Numbered from the whole stretch's first letter, positions 22,663 to 35,702 are shown. The stretch is 61,771 nt of DNA, filler included, from Sphacelaria rigidula (GCA_964200075.2; 11 parts of 11 records of this genome joined end to end with filler, not necessarily neighbours in it), one strand, 5' to 3'. Made by a program: numbers and translations. Notes: generated by a model from the sequence alone, not told the origin.

Positions 22663-25359
22663 GCATGGCCACGTGGAAGTTGCCAACATCCTTCTAGCAG
22701 CCGGGGCCTCCAGCAGCAGGACGAACCCTGAAAATTACACGGCACTTCATGTGGCTGCTGAGTTCGGGTCTACTAAAGTGGTCCAAAGGCTCATTAAAGA
22801 AGGGGCATCCTTGACTTGCGTTGATATCATGGGCGACAATCCTTTGCACGTTGCGTCGTTTTCTGGAAAGGCCGATGTCCTAGCCGAATTATTGGGAGCT
22901 GCCATGCCGGAGGCGATCCATATGAAAAATAGAGACGGAGAAACTCCGATTTCGGTCGCCATTTCCAATGGCCATGTGGAGTCGGTGAAGCATCTACTGC
23001 GTGGAGGTGGACGTCCGGAGCCATTTGACCTCTATGTCGCCGCCTTCCACGGTTTTCATGATATAGTTCAATGCCTTCTTGATGTGGGCGCCAGTGCAGC
23101 TTTTCTTACCGCTGGGGGAACATCTCCATTGGCGGCCGCCGCCCAGGAGAATAATCCGGACATTGTTCGGGCACTGCTTGCCCATGAAATTGATGTTGTA
23201 GGAGGAATTGCATCTTGGGCAGATGCCCTATGTCTCGCAGCCGGCCGCGGACATGCGAGCATTATACAGGATTTACTAGACGTGGTATCAGGAGCCGATG
23301 GTGACCTGAAAGATGCACTTGCCACCGCACAGCTGTTTTTGCGTCGCCAAGGTATGTCGCCTCTTCACTATGCTACCGGCTTCAGTAACGCCAAGGTAGT
23401 ACGTGTACTGCTGAGAGCTGGGGCCGACGAGGCTGCTGTAAATGACGCCGGCTTGACTCCGTTGGATGTTATCGGTACCACGACTCGTCCACCACCTGCG
23501 GATGATGAGAAACGAGACTTTTCCCGCTGTTCCCCCGCTACCATCGTGGGTCCGGGCGCACACAAGAGGTGGCGTATACGCTCGATGATCATGCAGGCTG
23601 CGGGATATAGAGCCCGGTCCTGGTCCTACCCTGCGACAGTGTCGGTAAGTCCGAAAATCACCCATTCCGGAAAAGCGTCACCTTCATCGCCGATAAAACA
23701 ACCCGTTTTCACAGCTCGGATTTTCCGTCATGGAGACAAGCGCCGCTCATGGTTTGTTGAGGCCATTGCTAGGTGAGGTTGCAGAGAGTAAGCATGAGGG
23801 TGGTTGCGTGAAGTACAGGTGTGTATGAGTCTTCATGCGACTAGTCACGCAGGCGGTGCCCCCTCCACCAGTACAGTTGTGTGACAAGTTCGAATCCGAG
23901 GGGCGTTTTGCAATTGACCGTGAATGGTATTTTCTCACGGCGTGCCATACCGTGGGCAGCGGAAAGTGCCAAACTAGTGAAGTTGTGCAGCCATCCCTCA
24001 TGGTTTGCACTTCATCGTCAGGGCGGCTGGTAGGCCGCGTGCAAGCTACTTACCCGTACATGAGCCGGCCTCTGGGGAATAAGCACACCCACTTGTGGAC
24101 ACGTTTGGGATGGCAACGCTGACGGACAGTAGCTTTTATCCGGTTCATTGATCGTCCACCCGTTCGTCTTCCCGGTTCGAACCGTATGTCAGGTCTAACG
24201 CCATAAGTGGCACGACCGGCGCAATCGCCGACACCGCCAAAAGAGCCGAAGCCGCTGGAAGTGTTCGAACGGTTGATGTCACGGGGAGCCCTCACGAAGT
24301 GCATGCTCCGGCGACGATGGGCTGACAACCGCGTGCCATCCGCAGTGGTGGTGTAAAGAAATGGGTCGAATATACGAGGGACAAAATGAGGTATCAATAC
24401 CACCCTGAATGTCCCACTTTGACGGGCGGCGGGTTGGGGAAAGGGGCAAGAGGAGGGGCAATGGAGATGATCGGGAGAAAGGGAGGAGGGGGTCGAGCAA
24501 ACTGCTCTATCCCTGTGTGGTATAGATCAAAACAAAACTTGCTTCTATCATACTCTACCGCGGAGGGCTTCATGATTTTCGCTGGAGGTGGGAGTAAATC
24601 GGGTTCAGTGGGAGATTAAGAACACAGCGGATACAAATGTAGCCACTGGGGCAAGACAGCGAATGGTGAACAAATAGGCTGTAAAATCACAACAAGTGTG
24701 TAGATAGTCTTTCCTACTTGCCAGGAGTCGCGCCTAGATGACAAGGGAATATAATACTCTACGCAGACAGCTGGGGACGCAAGGACGTGGATGTTGGCTC
24801 GATGAATTCGAGGCCAGGGCGGCGGGCGCGGTCAAATACCTGCTTCGCTTTTACATGCATATGTTGTGCCTGTTCATGGAATCTCTCATAGTGCACCCGC
24901 TGGTCTCTACTCCCAAAGAGGAGCTCCTGATGAATTTCAACACCTTCTCTAATACGATGGGTGGCGAGGGGGGGGGTTCCCGCTGCTCCGCTGTTCCATC
25001 ACTTTCTAAACAACGTGTGCCCTGTACGGGACTTGACGGACGCTGCGCCTACCGTGACCGTCCTTCCACTGCTTTACACAACCGATTGGGCAATTTCGTC
25101 CAAGTGCCTCAATGTTGTTGTTCCTCCGCAAGCAAAATACCGCGTGGGACGAAACCTGATATTATGTCCCGCAGCCCTCCCGCCCGAAAAACTTCACGAG
25201 GGAGATCGCACGTTGCTCCACACAGCATAGAACTCCACCTACATATAGACCGCACAATACTGTACGGTGCGGTACATGTGTACAGAAGGCTGAATGCATC
25301 CGCGCTGCTACTGACTGTGTTTTTATTATATCAGATACGCCCATGCGCCGAGGTTTTGA
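22663..25359 (+). CDS. Ankyrin-repeat protein, 3' part: large exon 22663-23772 plus probable terminal exon 25335-25359
   Basis: Multiple ankyrin motifs (TALHVAA, NPLHVAS, GETPISVA, SPLAAAA, SPLHYA, GLTPLDV). AG at 22661-2, GT at 23773. Phase-compatible acceptor with CTGAC branch and pyrimidine tract gives R-YAHAPRF*. Confidence 0.85.
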
Positions 25360-25739
25360 AACAGGAACGAGTGACGACACCTCCGCACAGGGCAAAAATG
25401 GTGACAAACAGCGAGGAATGATAATACAAAGAATGATGGAAAAATCGCGGGCTCCCAGCAAAATCCAGACCAGTACGACGGTAGCAAGCTACTGGAATGG
25501 CGCCTCTCCCAAGTGCTGAGTGGCACGGTGCATCGCAAGCGGCCGTTACACTACCATCATTCTAGGCCAGCGGCTCCAACTCAGATGAATCGGCAGGGGT
25601 CGAGCCAATAGTGTCAGGGAAGGGGTGGTGGTAAGTTTCCCCTCGATTTTATCGCACGCTCGGTGAATACGCCTAAGGTCGATAGTGACTTCGCGTCCTA
25701 GCTGTTGGCGCGATGTCGGGTATCGATCCCGTGCTCACG

Positions 25740-26027
25740 TGAAAATGTCCGCTTTGGGTCCGGTCAAACGTGCGAAGAGAGTGCAGAACAGCAATTACAA
25801 ACGTTCCTGGAATTGACATACGACACTAGGTACAGAACGGAACAGAAATCGACCGTTTGATATTTTAATTACAAAGCAACGCGCATGAAACGTTTTGCAG
25901 GTGGGAAAACGCGGATTTCCATAGAGGAGAAGCTCTCTCTTCCCCCGTGAGTCTTACATGCGATCAAAAAACTATGTCGTCGTTCTCTCATACCTGGGGG
26001 GAGGGGGGGCAGCCACAGTTCCTCAGG
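25740..26027 (+). repeat. Diverged 3' fragment of repeat R1
   Basis: AACGGAACAGAAATCGAC, AACGCGCATGAAACG and terminal CCTCAGG. Confidence 0.7.
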
Positions 26028-26109
26028 TAACAAGAGTACTTTCAATAATGTGGACATAGTTGAGAAAGCAGAACTCTTTTGTATTTTCAGCTCTTGCAGA
26101 ATTCGGTGC

Positions 26110-27160
26110 AGCATGTTGTTATCAGGGGTGACCCCTGTGCAGGCGGCAGTCAGTACGATAGAGCAACGAAAGGTAGCTATGATCGGGTTTGCTTGCCGTA
26201 TTGCCGCCAGCCTTGCTTGAAAGCCACAAGACCTTTGCGGTCGGCGGTTCATGGCGTGGGTGTCAAATGCAACGACAAGTGGTTCTCATACATAGAGCAC
26301 TCTTGTTCCTCGTGGAGTCATATCTCGTTGCATCTTGTAATGCATGACCTTCTCACATCGGAATCAATATGCAAATCTGCTGTGCTGTGGCGCGGTGTTT
26401 GGGCAGCAATTCGGTGCGTCCATGCTGGACACACCCCTCTGCACCACGCTAGCAACAGTTAGGTCACCACCATAGGTATCTTTTTTCACTTCGCATGTCA
26501 AGAAGGTCTCTACAAGTGTTCGATCTCTCATACACCGCCCCTCAACTGGCGTGTGGCACGCTCTTCTGGTCGGGCAGCCAGAGGGTCAGATGTGGGGTAG
26601 AGTCAGCGATGAATAACACCCCCCAAGTTCGAATTGAATCTATTTGTTATTGCTGCAGCACCGTCCTTGCTGGAAAGACAATAGTAGCGGTGACGGGAAC
26701 ATCACCGTGTTCTGCAGCGCGCAGAGGCGCGTCCTGTCCAAAAAGAGAGGAAGGGAAAAATCGATTGTTGCATTCGTGGTGAGCTCCAAAGACGAGACGA
26801 GACGAAATCCCTCCGCATCTCGATGTTCTTTGATGGGCTGTGCAGCAATAATTTGACATGCTGGTAAGATCGATGATGCCAATCTCTCGAGCGATTGGTC
26901 ATCACCGAGCGAGGACACACAAAGGACACGTGCGAGGAGCTTCCTCTCGGCCGTTGCTTCTCTCTCTGGTGATGTCGTCATCGACACGCGTGTACACCGC
27001 ATTCGTTAGGTGCTCCTAGCCACAGCTGCTCAACTGCTGCGGACATTCGGGGGGGAAGATGGCTTCGCTCGGTCGTAAGTGTTTCGCGTCATTCCTGCAA
27101 AAAAGAAATGCCACTTGAACCTCATTCTTGAGATGGACCCCATTTTCCAGGATCCACTGT
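26110..27160 (-). repeat. Repeat R1, inverted copy
   Basis: Reverse complement of ~7490-8530, including GGATCCACTGT terminus. Confidence 0.9.
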
Positions 27161-27597
27161 TAAATGGTACCGGAGAGTTCTTGAGTCCTGCAAAAGTTGT
27201 AAGGGGCAGGGGGTTTCCCACCTATGAAATTTCCAATTTTCACATCTACATGAAGTTTCCAGCAACGGGAATTCCTTTCCAGAACACCAACGGCGAGACT
27301 TTACCTCTCTCATGAAATCATTCCCTTTTCTGTCATTTTGGGGGAGTTCGAAGAAACGCCGAAATAGTATTTGAGGAAATCCGAAGGAGGCAGACTAAAG
27401 CATCCTTCTGTCATCTTGTGAGATCCGATTCGAACGTGCGAAGGAGATACATATGACTCTAGACTCCGGAGCTACGATGCGCAAGCAGTCAAGCTAGGGG
27501 AGGGTGTGAACGGACGAATAATATTCTGTTGGTTCTTTCTGCAAAACTGTTCAAGGTAAAGTGTGACTTTTTGGAGGGCGACTTCAACCTCATTCAA

Positions 27598-27695
27598 CCC
27601 TTAGACAGCGATCGTAGTCCATCTGGACGATGCCTACTTTGTTTAAGTGAAATTGATGCCGATTCAACAGGTGATCCACTCTTGCTGTCCAAGGG
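27598..27695. mobile_element. piggyBac-type MITE (98 bp)
   Basis: TCAA/TTAA flanks; CCCTTAGACAGC / GCTGTCCAAGGG TIRs. Confidence 0.8.
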
Positions 27696-27953
27696 TTAAC
27701 AACGGTTTCGTGAGATTGAGAGTAGAGGATACAATTGAAAGGGAAAATCGGTCAATTAGTGAATGGAGCGTTTCAGTTCCGAAATGCCCCTCCACGAGGC
27801 CCGATATGCTTTCTGTTGCAGCTTGCCATTGGGGCCCTTGGTATCTCTGAGTAGGATATCGACGTGTAGCTTGTGACGAAATCACGCCGTCACGTTGAGT
27901 ATATAGTGATGATTAGATGATGACTTGGGATCTGTGGTGATGGTATGGAGATA

Positions 27954-28025
27954 TCAACAAATTGTGCGAATTGAGGTTCAACTCCGGGATGAGGTTCAAC
28001 CTTAAAACAGTGCTTTCCCCACACT
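27954..28025 (-). repeat. Terminus of the CCTCAATTCGCACAATTTGTTG repeat
   Basis: Inverted match to 22501-22571. Confidence 0.85.
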
Positions 28026-29654
28026 NNNNNNNNNNNNNNNNNNNNNNNNNNNNNNNNNNNNNNNNNNNNTTAATTAATTAANNNNNNNNNNNNNNNNNNN
28101 NNNNNNNNNNNNNNNNNNNNNNNNNCCTACTGCATGCGCGGCGTGAAGACTGCTTCACGAAGAGTCAGCCGTGCACCCTGGCCGGGGTTACGAAACACCG
28201 ACGGATCGAACTGTTGGTCGCCATACCCGTAAAATAGAGAACCTTCGAACCTTCTTTTCTTCCACGTTCCATTCGCACGGGTCTGAAAAACAACCATTTC
28301 TTGACCGAAAAAACCTCAAATATAAATCGTCAAATTTCCATCAACGGTTCCAAAAGGGTTAACCCTCATCCTGTACGAGGAGAAGGGGGGTGTACTCATG
28401 ATCCTGCATGCCAAACATGATCTTCATCGCGATCACTCATCCATCTCTTGCAATGCCACCTACTGTAGGGTCTTGATGGGTCCAAGTTATCGTCGAGCTG
28501 TGCTATCTACGGTGCCCATCTACAGTCGGCATATCCAACGTGGTAATAGTAACTACATCGCGCACCGACGCAACTGTCGCCGCCCCATAACCCCAACTGG
28601 ACACGACACAAGAGCGGAAGCCGGGAGGACCATCAGGACGAAAGTCTACCGCGAGGGAATGTGGCTTTTGCCATACCATCGTCTAAAGACACGTTTGTTC
28701 CCACTGCGTTCGAGAGCGCAAGCTGCGAGGTGACACCCACGAACGACAACAGTGTTGCCTCACCGCTCGCCGCTTCAGCATGTACACTTGCAAATATCGG
28801 GGGGGGGGGGGGGGGGGGGGGGGGGAGCGGCTATCCCGCTTCGTTTTGACCCAAATCGTTTTGGTCTCATCATTTTGAAACGAACGCGACTTCGCGAAAT
28901 GTTGGGCGGTGAGGTCACACGTCAAGTGCTTTGATCTAACATGCCTCATACTATCGCATGTATGAGGGCGTGAACTTTTGTTTGTGGTCTCCAGGCAACC
29001 CGGCCAGCCGCAACTGCTGCTGCCGTGACCACTCGCACAACCTTCCGTCATGGGATAGTCATGAACGCATTACAGTATGTTATGTACTAGATGTAGCATC
29101 ACGACACGGCAGCAGCGGTTACGGCTGGCCAAGAGGATGACTGTACTCTGCTATTTTCGGGAATTGATACGGCCGTTCAACTATTGCCCATAAACCAAAA
29201 GGCGCGGTGGGGGGGGGGGGGGACCTTTGACAAAATTGACTATAGCCGGATATCATTATTCCTATCTAGACTGTTTTCTTTTTGAAGAAACGACAAACCC
29301 GTCAACTGCTGTCGTCCACCGCGGATGTGGCCCGTAGTAGCTAGTGCATTATTTTTTCACGAGAAAATCGAGTTTGTTCAGCGCATACATGCGCCTGCAC
29401 GTTCATTTTAATTGATTTTATTTTCAATCGGATACACTTATCGTCTCGTGGCTACATGAAAGGGAAAAAAACGTGGTGGGGTAGAAACGTATAGACAGAT
29501 AGATCGGTCACTCTGTCAACCACCCCGGCAACCGATCAATGACTTGCTTGGCCAACCAAACGTTATAAATCGAGGAACCAGTCAAGCCGACCCTCGCTCT
29601 CGATCACCAGAGAGCCCTGCTGCTACTATGATACGTACACACCCCGCGTCGTAC

Positions 29655-29837
29655 CTCGAATAGGGTGTCGGTGGTGAGGGCTTCGAAGCATAACGGATAC
29701 TCGGGGGATATCTTTCCCCTCAGAGTGCTGACCGCCCCCAGATGCTGAAAGATGTTGTATCGAAAGCTCAGGTGCGGCCGGCCTGCTTTGTACTCTCGAC
29801 TGCGGTTCGAACAGAAGAACGAGCGAACGAGCGAACG

Positions 29838-29886
<49 letters not shown>

Positions 29887-32800
29887 CGCACGGAAAACAA
29901 GAGAAAAAAGGAAGCAGAGAAAACAATTGCTTGCGTCAAAAGATAGAAACATCGAGTCACAAGATTGGAAAAAAAAAAGCTCGAGCCGACATACCGGTCA
30001 TCTCGTTCTCCCCCTCACAAACACAACAAAGCAGCAACAGCAGCAACAGCAGCAACAGCAGCAACAGCAGCAACAGCAGCAACAACAACAACAACAACAA
30101 CAACCATATACTTTTACTTCAGCAGAGAACCCAACCACATACTTCCCCTGTCCCAGAAGTGAAGGTATCTAAATATTTACGGGCCCTCAACGATGTCCGA
30201 TCCATTTTTTTTTAATGAGCTCTACGTTTTTTTTGGCTTGAGAAAATGTGTTTAAATTTTGCAGCTCGTGCTTGAACCATGCCGCCGAACGGGTGCAAAA
30301 AAATTATACGGCCCAAAGATGGCCATTTTTTGCCCCTTTCCGAGGGAAAAAAAAGTGTCGAAAACAAAAAAATATTTTTCTTTTTTAATCGCCCCCGCTT
30401 TCACTGGGGCTTGCTGCCAGGAAGTCCCACGCTATTGAAAAAAAAATCAACAAAAAAAAATCGACACTTTTTCTTCCCCTCGGAAAGGGGCAAGAAACGG
30501 CCATTTTTGGGCCGATTACTTTTTTTGCAGCCGTTCGGCGACATGGTTCAAGCACGAGCTGCAAATTTCAAACACATTTTCTCAACCCAAAAAAAACACC
30601 GTAGAGTTCATTAAAAAAAAAAAGGGATCGGACATTGTTAACCAGTAGACCGCGAGATAAGTCTTTCTGGATCATGCATACGTTTCTTCACTTGAAATCG
30701 ATGCCGATTCAACAAGAGACTTACCTCGTGGTCCAAGGGTTAAGGGCCCGTAAAAATTTAGGTACCTTTCCTTATTGGACAGAGGAAGTATACTATTTTC
30801 CCTTCCCACGATCTTCACATGGAAACTGCATAAAAATAGATGAGCACCCCATGAAAACGGTGACAACTGGAGTACCATCGTACATGATCCTTTTGGAACC
30901 GTTGATGGCAAAGTGACGATTTACCACTGACGTTTTCTCAAGCAAGAAATGCTTGTTTTTCTGCAAGTGTTAATAATGATGCAGCCCACCAAAACGGAAC
31001 TCTGAGTTCAGATATACTGGTGCGACAGATCTGTGCACCGAACTAGAAGTGAGGTTTCCCCGGTGACAAAAACTCGCATATGGGACTGTGTACCGTTTTC
31101 CGCGGGTTCCAAAAGGGGTAACCGGTAGGCAACTAAGCATAGTACAGCAGACTGATAACAAAAAGTCCCCAGCCACACTTACAAAACTCGTCATCGAGAG
31201 CTGACAGCTGAACTTACGTTTCGGCAGTCTCGCCCGCGAACCACTCCACCTGCCACGCCACGTTACGTCACATCCACCAGGTGCCACAACAACCAAGCAA
31301 CAAAAGACAAGAAAAAATAAAAGATACTGATTGGTTGTCCCACATGAACTGATTATTATTCACAATAGGAACACAGCCGGGGTCATAGCACATACGTACC
31401 CAAGATAATACAAAACGGATACATCCATATATTTATATTTATATTTATATATTATATATATGCTATTCATATATGCTAGCACGCAGCCACAGCTACGCCG
31501 GTGAGGTGTTGCAGCATCGATGCATTGTCCAAAGTTTGCTGCATTGATTCAAAATATATTGACTGTGATCGATAGATTCATAGATAGGTTGGTCGCAGCA
31601 ACCATGATGGTGGCCGAGTTACATCACATCTGTGAGGGTGTATAACCTCAACTCCACGCAAGGGGCGTTATCGCAGTACGCGCGTGCGACACAAATGGCG
31701 CAGTGTAGCCCGTGGCTGCCTCTGAAAGTAGCAAATGATACCAGAAAATGAATCGATAAGCATTCGAGGCTGTCATCTACATGCAAGATCATTAGTACGC
31801 TTCGGGCCGAACAATCTCAGCAGGATGCCAGCATGCGAACACGGATGCTTACAGATGCTGCTCAACTCATCAATTACTCGAACAGTCACGGACGGGGTAA
31901 ACCAGCAACTACTCTCAAGTGCCCCTCCCTCAAAACCACCCTGATGATGTTTTTCTTGGGCGCACTCGAGGGGGGAATAACAAATAAAATCGAGGAGAGA
32001 TTGCGTTACACGGCAGTGGGTTCAGTGGATGCAGTGGATGCCATCGACATCGATTCCTCGATGTTGGCCTTCATCGAAGCTACGTGGACATGAGGAGACA
32101 AAAGACAGACTTAAAACAACAAAGATACGTGGGTCGCCTCAATTGCATTCTTTTTGTTTTCTTCTTTTTTTTTCGGTTGAAAGGGGAGGGAGGGGTGCTG
32201 CTTCTTCGTTCGTACCACGAGGTGGTCCGGCGGGCGTCTGTTTTGGTGAACCTCCAGGAATTCGGCAAACGGCAACATGTCCCTCGCTTGGATGAATATA
32301 CCGTTCATGCCGAACGATGCTCGAACCGCGATCCAATCAGAGTAGTAGCTGTGTACCAATCGAAACGGTCAAGCGCGCGCGAGGGAGGGGCGGAGGGGGG
32401 TACATCAGAGATTGCCAGCGTGTGTGTTGAGGGAAAACGGAATGATATAACAGTTACAACTGTTGAAATTTCCCTCCCCCATATTTGTCCATTATCCAGG
32501 TACGAAAAAAATGACACTAACAAACAAAAAAAAAACACGCCAGAACACGCAGACGAACAAAACAAAATACACACACACAACGCACGTACACAACGCGCAG
32601 CGTATACGAACACTCTACACACCTTTTTGCCTTGTCCAGAATACGCTTGATTGCCTCTATTCCGGCGTCGCACAGCCTCATGTCATCCTCCATAAACAAG
32701 TAGTTTTCCGCCCTACCGGCCGCTAATCGGAGCAGGTATACCAGATCCTGGGTTTGTTTCGAAACCTGTCCAAAAGCAACGAAATTGACAGACAAAAAAA

Positions 32801-33490
32801 CGGGCACATGAAAACACCGTTCGGGTGAGGTCTACCGAATCCGATCTGCTTTTTTCGTTCCTTCTGTGTGTAGGTAATGACACCTCTCGCGCGCACTATT
32901 ACCATGACTACTGTGACTTCAAATAGAAAAAAAAAGGACTTCTCACCATTGAGTTCAACGACTTGTGGAATGCGATACACCATGTGACTCGTAAAAAATC
33001 TTCCACCACGGGGTTAAAAAAAAAAAGTCGACGCAAACATTTCGCGCAATTTCTACTGCACGTATATTTCGCGCGCGCGTACCTGGGGTGCAGTGCGACG
33101 CTGACAACAAAGCTCAACGGTTTGATTCGTACGGCATAAATGAACTACACTCAAAGCGAGTGATATCAGGACGAATCATTATTCGCCACGACTCCCAAAC
33201 CCTCCCCGCACACCTCCACCCTCTGCGACAGAACTCCGTTCTACCTTAGGCGTCGGCATCGACTTCCGTTTCGATCCGCTGGGCGCTCGAACGGCAAGTC
33301 CCCCACCCGTCGGCTCCACGAATCGGCCGAATCCGTCGACCGCCTCTTCCGCGTCTCCGGCGTTCACGAACACCATCCCCGGTGTAACTCCCTCGTGCTT
33401 TCGACGCGCCTCATCGAACTTCGTGTGTCCCGGTCCGTGCATGTTTACGATCAGAACTGCCACAGATTCTCGCGGCGGGTCTCCCGGCGC
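29655..33490 (-). CDS. GT54/MGAT4-like glycosyltransferase, internal exons 33490-33245, 32765-32623, 32348-32216, 31249-31218, 29799-29655
   Basis: Five AG/GT exons with compatible phases. Motifs SKQTQDLVYLL, YLFMEDD, PPDHLV and IFQHLGAVSTLRGK parallel the MGAT4 KQNLD / EDD / FQHVG..SSL.GK motifs. Confidence 0.85.
29843..29885. repeat. (CA)n microsatellite
   Basis: Direct inspection. Confidence 0.95.
30030..30103. repeat. (CAG/CAA)n microsatellite, intronic
   Basis: Direct inspection; lies within the GT54 intron. Confidence 0.95.
30142..30788. mobile_element. Foldback MITE with ~220-bp arms, Stowaway/mariner-like ends and TA TSD
   Basis: TA|CTTCCCCTGTCC … GGACAGAGGAAG|TA; the arms are reverse complements once the nested 98-bp MITE is removed. 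Confidence 0.88.
30642..30739. mobile_element. piggyBac-type MITE nested in the right arm of the foldback MITE
   Basis: Perfect TTAA on both sides (30638-41, 30740-43); GACCGCGAG / CTCGTGGTCCAAGGG ends. Confidence 0.88.
30888..31117. mobile_element. ~230 bp piggyBac-like MITE; second copy 35474-35702, another end at ~28340-28358
   Basis: CCTTTTGGAACC / GGTTCCAAAAGGG TIRs; TTAA flanks at the other copies; shared interior GATGCAGCCCACCAAAACGG. Confidence 0.75.
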
Positions 33491-33532
33491 CTGCGTGGGA
33501 TAATGTGCGGGAAAGTTGGAGGGGAGGGAGGC

Positions 33533-33598
33533 GTACCTATTTGTTGCTTGCCTTGGTCGTTCGACCATTGACCACGCATCCCTTTCGAGACGGAGCAG
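33533..33598 (-). mobile_element. Short LINE A 3' fragment between G/C tracts
   Basis: TGCTCCGTCTCGAAAGGGATGCGTGGTCAATGG…GCAAGCAACAAAT on the - strand. Confidence 0.8.
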
Positions 33599-33750
33599 GG
33601 GGGGGGGGGGGGGGAACAATTTTTTTTTTTCCTTTTTCATTTGAAAATTTNNNNNNNNNNNNNNNNNNNNNNNNNNNNNNNNNNNNNNNNNNNNTTAATT
33701 AATTAANNNNNNNNNNNNNNNNNNNNNNNNNNNNNNNNNNNNNNNNNNNN

Positions 33751-33842
33751 GAAAAGATGTTCGATCACTCCGGGAATCGAGCCCCCCTACTCAACCATCA
33801 GAAGGTTACCAGGTTACCAACTTTGCCACCGGGGCGACCGGG
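33751..33842 (-). mobile_element. tRNA-derived SINE head; related copy 51020-51102
   Basis: CCGGTCGCCCCGGTGGCAAAGTTGG (A-box-like) … GGCTCGATTCCC (B-box-like); no complete cloverleaf. Confidence 0.6.
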
Positions 33843-34105
33843 ATAGGGGTGCTGTGGCGAAATCACGCCGTCATGTTGAGTATACAGTGGATCCTGGATG
33901 ATCACCAGGGGACGAGAGCATCCTGTGGATAATGACCCTTGCTGTGTAACACAGGCCTGACGGTAAGGGGCTGCAGCTGCTGTTTACTCCGGTAATGATA
34001 AGGTGTTGTGGAGGCTGATAACTGAGACCTTGAGGCCAGTGGAACTGGGGAGTCTCCAAACAGAATTTAGATGCTGCAGTACTAGCAACCTGCTAGCGTC
34101 ACAAA

Positions 34106-35237
34106 TCCTAGAAAATGGGGTTCATCCCAAATATGGGGTTGAAGTGGCATTTCTCTTTTGCAGCGAAGACGCGAAACGCTTGCGACCGAGCGAAGCCATC
34201 TTCCCCCCCGAATGTCTGTAGCAGCTAAGCATCTGTGGCTAGGTGCACCTAACGGATGTGGTGTACGAGCGTGTCGATGACATCACCAGAGAGAGAAGCA
34301 ACGACAGCGAGGAAGTTTCTCGCACGTGCCCTTTGTGTGTCCTCGCTCGGCGATTACCAATCGCTCGAGAAACTGGCATCATCGATGTTATTACACCAGC
34401 ATGTGCCAATTTTTTCATGTGCCAGAACATCAACGTACGGAGAGATTCCGTTTTTTCTTGCCCGTCGAGCTCACGAACGCGAAGATCGATTTATCTCTGC
34501 CTCTCTTTTTGGACAGGACGCGCCTCCGTGCGCTGAAAAACATGTCATTGTAAAATAGGTCAATGTTCCCGTCACCGCTGCTACTGTTCTCTGCCACACA
34601 CATGCCAGGAAGGGCGGTGCTGCGGCAATAACAGATAGATCCAATTCGAACTCGAAGGGTGTTATTCATCGTTGATTTTCGCCGACCTCCCCCCAACCGG
34701 GTGCCCAAGCAGAAGAGCGTGCCACACATCAGTTGAGGGGGGTGTATGAGAGATCAAACACGTGTAGAGACTTTTTTGACATGCGGAGTGAGAAAAGGTA
34801 CCTATGGTGGTGACCTAACTGTTGCTAGCGTGGCGCACAAGCGTCAGCCCATGCCGCGACCTGCAGCACACGCTGAACAGCTCGGTACAGTAGTACGAGT
34901 AGCTTCCCATAAGTAATAATTATTCCGATGTCAGGAGGTCACGGGGTATTGCAAGTTGGGAGAATAGACGAGTGCTCTACGATCAACCGCATGTCGTTGC
35001 ATTCGAGACCCGCGCCATCAATTGCCGACAGCAAGGGTCTTGTGGCTTTCACGCGACGCTGTCGGCAGTACAGCAGGCAAACCCGATCATTGCCACCTTT
35101 CCTTCCTCTACCGCGCGTCCTCCCGGCTGCTCAGAGGTGGTCAAAATAACAACATCGAAGTCGCAACATCTGTGAAATCGATAGAGTTTGATCCATTTCA
35201 TCTGCATCCACAAAATTAAAAACGGTTGTGGAAACCT
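34106..35237 (+). repeat. Repeat R1, 3'-truncated copy
   Basis: Collinear with 7497-8620. Confidence 0.9.
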
Positions 35238-35473
35238 CTTCGGATTACCTTTTTCGTGAGAAAATCATGTTCCTACAGGGAAAGGCGGAGCCCGTGAAGC
35301 GCAAACCCATCGATCAATGCATGGACAAGAGCACAGACCTTATATATGTCGGGAACAACCTCACAGAACGGAAGCAGCCAGCCCCTTTCAATAGAACGAC
35401 GTGAGTATTGCAAACATCATCTCGTGAACAATATAGAATAAGGGGGGGAGGGGACGTGGGACGGTTGCATTAA

Positions 35474-35702
35474 CCATTCAGGAACCGTTGATGGGAAGAT
35501 GGAGACCAACAGTTGACGTTTTCTTGAGCAAGATATGGCTGTTTTTTTAAACTGCTGATGCAGCCCACCAAAACGGTGCACCACTTTAGGTTCAAGTATA
35601 TTAACATGACAGGTTCGTGCGTTGAACTCCAAGTGACGTTTTTCCAGTGACGAAAGCTTGCATATGGGAGTTTGTATTATTTCTAGCGAGTTCCAAAAGG
35701 CG
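35474..35702. mobile_element. ~230 bp piggyBac-like MITE, diverged
   Basis: TTAA left flank; homologous to 30888-31117. Confidence 0.7.

Noticed and set aside
29927..30215. PolyQ/polyN/polyT ORFs
   Set aside because: Intronic CAG/CAA microsatellite on the strand opposite the GT54 gene.
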